From IMG/VR virus record IMGVR_UViG_3300029288_005873, positions 128,001-192,000 of that record: a stretch of DNA of 64,000 bases. One strand, written 5' to 3'. The notes below the pieces were generated by a model, which saw nothing but the letters and a program-made list of their open reading frames with translations, did not search any database and was not told where the DNA came from. Numbering within the stretch: the first letter of the stretch is position 1; each line of letters opens with the position of its first letter. Made by a program: the position numbers and the translations under genes. Positions 56,668 to 64,000 of the stretch are shown here, one piece after another. The DNA is from a virus. Lineage: Duplodnaviria; Caudoviricetes.

Positions 56668-57519
56668 TTATCTCCTTTTGTAGCCATAAAGACCATGTTT
56701 TATTATGGTGTCCGCTACACATTTTGGTGCCATATTAGATATGTCCTCGCAAGCCTTAATCTTTTTCCTAATTGCTGTAGATCTAATCACAGGGATCGGC
56801 GCATTTTCTTCTACAACAATTATCCCACATTCTTTCTCAAGCTGTTCGAACCCTTCCCATTTGTCGCGTACTAGCCAATTATCATATCCGATGACTAAGC
56901 TAATGTCAAAATCAGGATAGGTCTTTTTCAGCGTCTGAATTGTGCGCAATGTGAGACTAGGACCGCCTAACTTTTTCTCAGTATCAAGCACTGAACAGTT
57001 GTTAAAAACACTAAATGCCATTTGGCACATAGAAAACCTATGTTTAAATGGCGCAAGACGTTTGCCAAACATATGTCTCCAACAAGGAATGATCCATACG
57101 TAATCAGCAAGTCTTGCGCCAAGAAGCCAGAAGACAACAGCCATGTGCGCAAAGTGGGGAGGATTAAAACTACCACCAAATACAGCCACCCGAGGCTTTG
57201 GCATCCTGTAAACAAACCTCTCCTCTTCTGGAAAACCAATGTCTTCTGGTACCTCTATACACAAACTGTCTAATAGATTTAGAACTTCATCTTCAAAATC
57301 TTCTGGCGGTCCGCTAAAAAAATCTGGCGTAAAATCGCACAAGGTTAGGCTACAAAGCCTATCACCACAGATTGATTTTGTTGCCCAAAAAGCACCACGG
57401 AATTTCAACCACAACTGTGCCAAATTTTTTCCAACGGTTACAAGAGCACCATCCACGTCAGCTCCGTCTTGGGCAAACACATACAACATGAACCTTTTCA
57501 TCCTTACTTCTCCCGCCAA
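56668..57519 (-). CDS. nadD: Nicotinate-nucleotide adenylyltransferase (core from 57204) with in-frame N-terminal extension
   Basis: VAVFGGSFNPPHFAH, IP..H.FGK, HR..M, T..T, IG.DN...W, RSTAIR. Confidence 0.88.
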   Translation of the reverse strand: MAGEVRMKRFMLYVFAQDGADVDGALVTVGKNLAQLWLKFRGAFWATKSICGDRLCSLTLCDFTPDFFSGPPEDFEDEVLNLLDSLCIEVPEDIGFPEEERFVYRMPKPRVAVFGGSFNPPHFAHMAVVFWLLGARLADYVWIIPCWRHMFGKRLAPFKHRFSMCQMAFSVFNNCSVLDTEKKLGGPSLTLRTIQTLKKTYPDFDISLVIGYDNWLVRDKWEGFEQLEKECGIIVVEENAPIPVIRSTAIRKKIKACEDISNMAPKCVADTIIKHGLYGYKRR

Positions 57520-57630
57520 CTGTAATCCAGGATTACTACATATTGTGTTTTGCCGCGCAGACTTTTTGTTGGCTGTTGTCCACTTGACGCTTGGGTATTT
57601 ACCTTTTTCTTGTGCTTTTTTCCAGACATT

Positions 57631-57966
57631 TCACCACCCCATTATGTCGTTGTACCCATCGCATCCAAAAGCCATCCCTGCCTGTATGGCTTGCTCCATT
57701 CGCCATTCATCACCATGGACTTGCCTATGGTAGTTTGGATTGCGACGTTCACGAAGGATTGTTAATTCCACCTCTCCCGTCCGCTCCGATAGAATAATCC
57801 ATTGTGTAGAACTCAAATCACCGAACGAACACCACGATTCTATATCTTCGAATGCCGCTAGAGCTTCCTTCATAGTATCACAATCGTGACCTGTCCAGCA
57901 GTCGTCATTACCCTCATCTGGGTGCGATCCCCACAGATCAACCGCATATCTTTTTTGGTTTTCCAC
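57631..57966 (-). CDS. Hypothetical protein (LWGSHPDEGNDDCWTG)
   Basis: AGGAG RBS. Confidence 0.65.
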   Translation of the reverse strand: MENQKRYAVDLWGSHPDEGNDDCWTGHDCDTMKEALAAFEDIESWCSFGDLSSTQWIILSERTGEVELTILRERRNPNYHRQVHGDEWRMEQAIQAGMAFGCDGYNDIMGW

Positions 57967-58000
57967 ATTCGCTCCTAGTTTTAGGTATCGGACAAACGCT

Positions 58001-58369
58001 CTACCTCGAATTTATACACGACGGATTTTGGCAGTGGAACATATTGAACCCTTCCCATCCATTACTTCCACACATTGGACAATGGGATGTTGCCACAGAC
58101 TTTTCCATGTCAGTTGTGACAAAGAAAGATATCCCATCATTTGACCGTCCCATATAAGTCCCATCCTGATTAAGAAAGACCCTGAAATCTCCCTTCACTA
58201 CAACCTCTCCTTCGCCGTTACTTACATCCTTTACAACAAGTTCCTCCCCAACAAGTCCGGCGGATTTCATCAGTCCAAAAGAAGATGTCGAACTGATGTC
58301 TCCGTTATCATACCGACGAACCCATTCAGGATTTATTTTTACATGGTCTCCGACTTTGGGGAACATCAA
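58001..58369 (-). CDS. Modular protein with C-terminal Zn ribbon
   Basis: FPKVGDHVKINP...CPMCGSNG....FHCQNPSC.N. Confidence 0.65.
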   Translation of the reverse strand: MMFPKVGDHVKINPEWVRRYDNGDISSTSSFGLMKSAGLVGEELVVKDVSNGEGEVVVKGDFRVFLNQDGTYMGRSNDGISFFVTTDMEKSVATSHCPMCGSNGWEGFNMFHCQNPSCINSR

Positions 58370-58977
58370 GCAACCTCATCTGCCATTCCGAGTTTTAGGC
58401 ACTTTTTGGCATTGAATACCAGATCATGCCTCAGGATCCTGTCGAGTTTCTTTTTCGGAATAGATGTGCGTTTCAAGTAAACCTTTCTGATGAGTCGCAT
58501 AAGCTCCTTGCTATTAACCAAGCAATCCTTCAACTGTTCATACGTTCCGAAATAGATGGAGGAAAGCTGGTGAATCAGCATGTACGACCCAGCACCCATG
58601 ATTCGTTTCGATGCCACCATAAATGGAAGTGTGGCAGCCGAAGCACAGATCCCATCCACGATCGCGTGAACTGGAACTGGACTTCTCCGTACCGCATCCA
58701 TAGCGGCAATCCCCGCAATGACGCTTCCCCCTCCACTGTTGATGTGTAGGACGATTGGGGACACATCACAACCATTCTCGATAGCTTGTGCGCGAATCTT
58801 ATTCGACAGGGAGTGCAGATTGTCAACCAGCGTTGCAATATGCTTGTTGATGATCGGAGCATAATAGTAGATATGGTTTCCTACCAAACGGACCTCACCA
58901 TTCTCATCGTGCCCTGCAACTCCCCATCTCGGCGTTCCGCTATCCGTGCTTTTGTTTTCCTTGTTTTCTTCAGGCAT
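58366..58977 (-). CDS. clpP: ClpP-like serine protease
   Basis: INSGGGSV.AG, CASAAT (Ser), MLIHQ (His), A..CL.LG..D; AGGAGG RBS. Confidence 0.85.
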   Translation of the reverse strand: MPEENKENKSTDSGTPRWGVAGHDENGEVRLVGNHIYYYAPIINKHIATLVDNLHSLSNKIRAQAIENGCDVSPIVLHINSGGGSVIAGIAAMDAVRRSPVPVHAIVDGICASAATLPFMVASKRIMGAGSYMLIHQLSSIYFGTYEQLKDCLVNSKELMRLIRKVYLKRTSIPKKKLDRILRHDLVFNAKKCLKLGMADEVA

Positions 58978-59257
58978 CGGTGTCCTCCTTGAACAGGTTA
59001 TCGATGTCGATTTCCCTGATTGATGTAATCCTGTCGACTTCTTCCCGTGAGATTCTAAGTCCGCCGACAAGATACAGCATAGGAGGTTCGCCTGGAATAA
59101 GATGATCAACTGCCTCTCCTGGAACCTCTATACAGACCAAGTCGCCAGATTGGCACATCCCTATTCCCAGATTGCGTGCCATGATAATTTTGGCATCATC
59201 GCTCTCCATTATAAGGACTGCCCCATTGCGGCGATATGCCGCTGTTACATTGTTCAT
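58970..59257 (-). CDS. Hypothetical protein
   Basis: ORF in gene run. Confidence 0.6.
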   Translation of the reverse strand: MNNVTAAYRRNGAVLIMESDDAKIIMARNLGIGMCQSGDLVCIEVPGEAVDHLIPGEPPMLYLVGGLRISREEVDRITSIREIDIDNLFKEDTDA

Positions 59258-59259
59258 AT

Positions 59260-60576
59260 TCAGCCCCTTATTGAATCAAAGATGGCTGCCCATACCCTCT
59301 CTATGTGGTTTACATGTGACTTATCCCCATCTCCTTTTTCGCTTAGATGGTGCGCATATTCATGAATTAGGACGGTGAGGGTTTTCGTCCTATCAGTAAG
59401 AATTGCTTTGGACAATACAATCCTACCCTTAGCCCAAAGACCAAGAACGTTCTCCGAACGAATTGTTGCAATCTCCAAGTTTGCCATCGGAATCTTTTCG
59501 CCCGCTTTTTCCAGAATGGAAATGGCATCTTCGAGATTTTGGCGCTCTGTATCAGACAGATCACACCAGGAATGCTGCGTAATTATCTCCTCACTAAGCT
59601 GTATCCTTAGAGTCTCTAGACCATCTTCAAGACCCATGATCTGCTGTAATACGACAGCAAGTTTTGATGGAAGAACAACGCCTTTCCTTCCCATGTGTTC
59701 TAGGTCTCTGGACTCCATGATGTTTGCTACAGGTATGGCATCCCCAAATGTCCGTTTGAAGATCCTAAGTATGCGATCTTTCAGATCATCTGTCATGCTA
59801 TTGACATCGTACTTACTGATATTATCTACGTCCTCTTTCCCTGATGATAGCATCTCATACAGTTTTTCAGCAAGTTCTGGATGATCGCTAGCTCCACGTG
59901 TCCACATGACTGAAAGCCGCCAACCAAGCTCATAACTGGATATTACCCTCCTATCGCGATCAGTTGGAGCGTTCAAAAGGTTGTATCCAGCCATGAGCTT
60001 TGGAGAGTGCTGAACAAAAATTCCCTTGACATAGATTCGACCAGTCATCGACGGGTCAAGAAGTATGTCTCCATAACCAGGAATCCCTATCGATTCGACC
60101 TTATCCATAAGGAAAAGGAAATTCTTTTTCATGCCAAGCCATTCATCGTAGGTGATTCCTTCCACCTCCACGACGACCCCGCCACAATCCTTACCTTTTG
60201 AGATGTCGAATGCAAGAACATCTGCTTGAAAGTTCACGGATTTAACGAGGATTGGTTTCCAGATCTCGCTGCCAGAGAAAATGCGAACCTTATGACCAAG
60301 GCGCGTCAGAACCAAGGCTGAGATTTTGGCCCCCTCTCCCCATTGACCCGCCAAGCTCGGGTTATCAGCCTTTGTCGTATAACCTAACAGCAGCATTTCG
60401 TGAGGAAGAATAGCGCCCTTATTCTCTATCCTCAGCACGTGATTATTATGCCATACCTTCATAGGAGTGTTGAACTCGGTTTCAGCATCCTTGGCATTCT
60501 GGATGAATTCCCGAATTCCATCCTGTGCGCGCCAATCTGGCAGATATGTAGTTTTAATTGATAACTCAATCCTCAT
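59260..60576 (-). CDS. GHKL-type ATPase fused to C-terminal zincin (HExxH)
   Basis: IREFIQNAKD, LLGYTTK, GQWGEGAK; LIHEYAHH....D..H. Confidence 0.8.
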   Translation of the reverse strand: MRIELSIKTTYLPDWRAQDGIREFIQNAKDAETEFNTPMKVWHNNHVLRIENKGAILPHEMLLLGYTTKADNPSLAGQWGEGAKISALVLTRLGHKVRIFSGSEIWKPILVKSVNFQADVLAFDISKGKDCGGVVVEVEGITYDEWLGMKKNFLFLMDKVESIGIPGYGDILLDPSMTGRIYVKGIFVQHSPKLMAGYNLLNAPTDRDRRVISSYELGWRLSVMWTRGASDHPELAEKLYEMLSSGKEDVDNISKYDVNSMTDDLKDRILRIFKRTFGDAIPVANIMESRDLEHMGRKGVVLPSKLAVVLQQIMGLEDGLETLRIQLSEEIITQHSWCDLSDTERQNLEDAISILEKAGEKIPMANLEIATIRSENVLGLWAKGRIVLSKAILTDRTKTLTVLIHEYAHHLSEKGDGDKSHVNHIERVWAAIFDSIRG

Positions 60577-60618
60577 GAGGGCCTCACTTCCTAGGTTGCT
60601 ACGATACACCAGAAGCTA

Positions 60619-61083
60619 CTATTCTCCAACAGGCTTTGGGCGCGATCCCTTGATCACCAAAACCTCCATGCCCTCGAATTCCTCTGGCAAGCTGGCTTTT
60701 TTGGGATTTGGCACATAGGCGAGAATCGCCTGCCCTTTGATTCCTGCTCCAAGCCCAGCAAACTGGACAATCTTCCCATCCACATGATTCTTGGAAAACC
60801 GTTCGACTTTTGCGGTTAGATCGGCAGGCGGCATCGCCCCCATTCCATGTGCGGGCTTCGGCACTTGCTCGCCAGCCTCACGCATTTTGGTCAAAACCTC
60901 TGGTGCGGGGGAAACTTTTGGCGCCAACATGTAGACAGCGAGCCTGGCTCGTTCCTTGGCGGCTCCTTTACCTTCCCCAAACATATCGTCAAGTCGCTTC
61001 AACTGCTCTTGCGGCGTCCGTTTTGCGCGTTCATCCTGTCTCTCGATTGCTCGCCTGCGCTTGTCTTCCTTCTTGGTTGACAT
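60619..61083 (-). CDS. Basic hypothetical protein
   Basis: AGGAGG RBS; RTPQEQLKRLD...GAAKERARL. Confidence 0.7.
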   Translation of the reverse strand: MSTKKEDKRRRAIERQDERAKRTPQEQLKRLDDMFGEGKGAAKERARLAVYMLAPKVSPAPEVLTKMREAGEQVPKPAHGMGAMPPADLTAKVERFSKNHVDGKIVQFAGLGAGIKGQAILAYVPNPKKASLPEEFEGMEVLVIKGSRPKPVGE

Positions 61084-61114
61084 TTCCGTCCTCCTTTGCT
61101 TCAGGTTTTTTGGG

Positions 61115-61357
61115 TTACCCCGTAACCACAGTCTTCCTTACAATGGTTACGGGAAGATCCTCAATTCCCTTCTCTAGCTTGATGACGATTCCATCAGCTC
61201 CGATTATGATCGTGCCTATGGGATTTGTTTCCCACTCGTCATATAGAATGGTTACTCTATCGCCAACTTCTTCAAACCTTATTTGAGATGTTGTCTCTGG
61301 AACAGTCTTGATGGGCGCAATTTTTTTGGCAAAGTAACATTTACTTCCAATGTTCAT
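61115..61357 (-). CDS. Hypothetical protein
   Basis: GGAGG RBS. Confidence 0.6.
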   Translation of the reverse strand: MNIGSKCYFAKKIAPIKTVPETTSQIRFEEVGDRVTILYDEWETNPIGTIIIGADGIVIKLEKGIEDLPVTIVRKTVVTG

Positions 61358-61358
61358 A

Positions 61359-61562
61359 TTACCCCTCCCCCTTATTCAAAGAAGAACCTTCCTTCGCCAA
61401 CAAGACCTTTTCGCGTTCTTCTAGCTTTCTTCTACGCTCTTCTAGATACATCGCGCACACTCTAGGGTCGATGTGAGACACATACCACGATGTATCATAA
61501 GCTGGCGCCAATGCCGGTCCTCCACAAACACAGCATTTACATTCTTGCGTAAAGATCTTCAT
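61359..61562 (-). CDS. Small Zn-binding protein
   Basis: CCVCG...H.DP.VC. Confidence 0.55.
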   Translation of the reverse strand: MKIFTQECKCCVCGGPALAPAYDTSWYVSHIDPRVCAMYLEERRRKLEEREKVLLAKEGSSLNKGEG

Positions 61563-62125
61563 GCATCACCTTTCACCCATGACAAGGACAAGGCTGCTGC
61601 TGTTCCCTTAATTGTCGATTTTGTTAGTCTAGGTAACCCGTCTGCGGCATGTATGGCGGTTAGAAACTTCATCCACCGTCGAGCATGCTCTTTTGGCGAA
61701 AGGTTCTCTCGACCAATAATGGAAGTTTTACAATTGAAGTCGAAGTCGTTCTCACCCCACGCATTATAACCACCCTCATAGCGTGGGATAAGCTTTACAA
61801 CAAACCATTGACCTGGACAGATCCCATGTTGTAGTGCCCAATCGGCAACGGGCATTTCCGAACGCCAATTCCATTTGCCGAAGGCTATCTCCCACAACAT
61901 GTATTCATCATACATTTCGACAGCCAACCATGTTCCTGATGGAATTTGAGACAGCATCTGAAACTCCAGATCGTCACCGTTATCTCTCAAAACCATATAG
62001 ACAAATGCTGTATTCAGTTCAACATGAGTCTTTAGATTTTGGAGAGATTTACCATCAAGAGACAAAAGAGTTAGGTCTTCCACGACTTTGTCACGCAAGA
62101 ATACCGATGGCCATTTCTTCCCCAT
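61559..62125 (-). CDS. Hypothetical protein
   Basis: ORF in gene run. Confidence 0.6.
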   Translation of the reverse strand: MGKKWPSVFLRDKVVEDLTLLSLDGKSLQNLKTHVELNTAFVYMVLRDNGDDLEFQMLSQIPSGTWLAVEMYDEYMLWEIAFGKWNWRSEMPVADWALQHGICPGQWFVVKLIPRYEGGYNAWGENDFDFNCKTSIIGRENLSPKEHARRWMKFLTAIHAADGLPRLTKSTIKGTAAALSLSWVKGDA

Positions 62126-62128
62126 ATG

Positions 62129-62953
62129 TCACCCCCAATACACATAGAGAACTGGTCTGAGCGCATCACGAATAACGCCAAAGTCTGGAAAACAATCACG
62201 CATCCACCACATTACCGCAAGAAGTTCGGTCGGCAATTGGGGACGCCAGTCGTTAACGAGATGCTCAAGTAGGTCCCCTTCCACTGTTGGTGGCATATTT
62301 GGGCTCCACCTTCCAACCAACATGTTGTAATCTGCGGAGCCAATCTTGATTGGCGCACCATCAGTATCAACTTTACAGTTGATTAGCCTTTGTTTCACGT
62401 TGTCATCTGACCACAGACCAGGCTTTGGATCTTTGAATCTTACCATGTTCTGATCATATGGCCATATGCCACAACTATTTGGTTCGACAACTCTATATGA
62501 CTGACCATATGACCATGTCTCTTCTACCCAATCTATGGTATCATCATATCTTTTCCATCCACATTCGCCAAAATAGGCGTGTAGGGGAGGAATAAGTACC
62601 ATCACATTGGGAAGACCGAATTCCGAATCGTGGACAAGACAGTTGCTAAGATCCCAATGTTTATGGCGACCGAAGAATTCCTTTAGTAGATATGGACAGA
62701 ATTGTGGGAACTCTTTGACCTTTTCCAGTGAGATCTTGTGCTCGTGAGCCTCCAGCTGTAGGATAGCACTCCAGTTCCTTTTAACCCACGTCAGGAAAGA
62801 CTTTGCGCCCATCTCATACATCTTCTCCTGCCTCTTTTGGAGCTTTTTCCAATTGATGCGCGGGTCCACCATTGTTTGATGATACTCTTTTTTCTCGAAG
62901 GCTAGATCGGTTAAACCATAACCGATACATTTTACGACCCTGATGCCCATCAC
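62129..62953 (-). CDS. Hypothetical protein
   Basis: MGIRV.K.IGYGLTD...WKRYDDTIDW...RPVLYVYWG. Confidence 0.7.
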   Translation of the reverse strand: MMGIRVVKCIGYGLTDLAFEKKEYHQTMVDPRINWKKLQKRQEKMYEMGAKSFLTWVKRNWSAILQLEAHEHKISLEKVKEFPQFCPYLLKEFFGRHKHWDLSNCLVHDSEFGLPNVMVLIPPLHAYFGECGWKRYDDTIDWVEETWSYGQSYRVVEPNSCGIWPYDQNMVRFKDPKPGLWSDDNVKQRLINCKVDTDGAPIKIGSADYNMLVGRWSPNMPPTVEGDLLEHLVNDWRPQLPTELLAVMWWMRDCFPDFGVIRDALRPVLYVYWG

Positions 62954-63219
62954 TTCACCTTTTCTGGGAGCTTTTCCACGTCGCAGTGCGGTAAGACAGT
63001 AAGATTGCCTGTGTTCTTGTTACAACTTACATGTCCAGCCATGAAAATCAGGAACATGACGATTGTAAAAGCTGCGACAAGCGTCTTTATTACACCAAAA
63101 ACAGCCCATCCGCGATATGTGGAATCATCAGAGCGGTACACGAACGTCGACTCTCTGTAGATTCCTAGGAAGAACATGAAGAAGCATGCCACGGTCAGGA
63201 AAACAATTGTTCCAAGCAT
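62950..63219 (-). CDS. Small membrane protein
   Basis: Two TM segments. Confidence 0.6.
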   Translation of the reverse strand: MLGTIVFLTVACFFMFFLGIYRESTFVYRSDDSTYRGWAVFGVIKTLVAAFTIVMFLIFMAGHVSCNKNTGNLTVLPHCDVEKLPEKVK

Positions 63220-63221
63220 GA

Positions 63222-63650
63222 TTACCCCTCTCTTTTCGACCAGATAAGGTGTCCGTTTCTTCTTGTTTCCGTCAAGAAAAGTCCTCGATCTGTGTAATGC
63301 GCTAGCCTAAGGAACTGTGTACCAAATGTGCTGGAAAGATATTTGCTTAGCGGAACTGGGTCTCCGAACCACGCATCATGAACCAGTCTATTAGATACGA
63401 TCACGACATGATAGAACCATTCAAATGTCTCAGTTCCATATTTGGCAAGCATTATGGAGCTGCCGGAAACAGGTTCGATATGAAGTGTGGTATGTTTTTT
63501 TCCAGTCTTGGATAGCCATCGACTTACATGTTCTGCCAATGAATCGCACATCCCATTATATTCGGATAGGGACGCATGCTCCTTATGTAACCATTTTAGC
63601 TCGAGGTTTTCCATGTTTGTCATCCTACGGTGTTTTTCTCGACGCCCCAC
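63222..63650 (-). CDS. Hypothetical protein (possible papain/transglutaminase-like C-H-D)
   Basis: GMCD...WFYHVV...VHDAW. Confidence 0.5.
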   Translation of the reverse strand: MGRREKHRRMTNMENLELKWLHKEHASLSEYNGMCDSLAEHVSRWLSKTGKKHTTLHIEPVSGSSIMLAKYGTETFEWFYHVVIVSNRLVHDAWFGDPVPLSKYLSSTFGTQFLRLAHYTDRGLFLTETRRNGHLIWSKREG

Positions 63651-63991
63651 GCCTCCATTGCTAACTTATCGCAGAACTTCTCTGTCATACCCAGCTGTAC
63701 AAAAGCAGAAGACCAATGTTTATCCCTGACCTGGACATAGTTGTACGATCCAGCAATATGGACCATATTACCATTGTCCGTATCTTTCCAGCGAATTCCA
63801 TCGGAATTCTCTTCACTGACAACCGAAGCATTATTGAGTTTCCAGCATCTCAGAGGCTTGCCATCCATAGCTGATATCTGAACAACCACCCAGTCAGAAC
63901 CGAACTCTGTTGCCATACAGCTTGTACATCCCCTATCCAAGCTGGCACAACCACAAAGCAGAAACGCAAGGATCCACGCATTCTTTGTCAT
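63620..63991 (-). CDS. Putative lipoprotein
   Basis: LLCGC lipobox-like signal. Confidence 0.6.
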   Translation of the reverse strand: MTKNAWILAFLLCGCASLDRGCTSCMATEFGSDWVVVQISAMDGKPLRCWKLNNASVVSEENSDGIRWKDTDNGNMVHIAGSYNYVQVRDKHWSSAFVQLGMTEKFCDKLAMEAWGVEKNTVG

Positions 63992-64000
63992 TTCTTTTCC

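Noticed and set aside
1-64000. Stop-codon recoding, CRISPR array, tRNA genes, DGR or retron
   Set aside because: Recognisable enzymes are full length in code 11 and end in TAA, TAG or TGA; no regularly spaced repeats, cloverleaf or reverse transcriptase seen by eye (tRNAscan not run)

Overview
This 64-kb window looks like the accessory region of a very large (jumbo-type) bacteriophage or similar large mobile replicon. It holds more than 100 tightly packed, often ATGA-overlapped genes in standard code 11, almost all on the minus strand. I recognised no capsid, tail, terminase or core replication genes, and no tRNA, rRNA or CRISPR array. The only credible plus-strand genes are four free-standing homing endonucleases; two more (EndoVII-like, LAGLIDADG) lie on the minus strand. 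Recognisable cargo falls into six groups. (1) RNA repair: PNK-like kinase, Pnkp/PrpE-like phosphatase, two RNA ligases, CCA-adding enzyme, Pol-beta nucleotidyltransferase. (2) Nucleotide sanitising: RdgB ITPase, 5'(3')-nucleotidase, NDT-like protein. (3) NAD/ADP-ribose enzymes: macrodomain, nicotinamidase, NadD. (4) Two phosphorylation modules: a dispersed TerY-P-like vWA/PP2C/kinase set headed by nicotinamidase, and a DnaJ-kinase/vWA/pyruvate-kinase-like set. (5) Unusual fusions: NSSS-domain with radical SAM, CoaB with class II aldolase, GHKL ATPase with zincin. (6) Several paralogous small-protein families. A 28-41 bp quasi-palindromic intergenic element occurs three times, each just upstream of a ribosome-binding site. 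All functional calls come from motif recognition by eye, without database searches.
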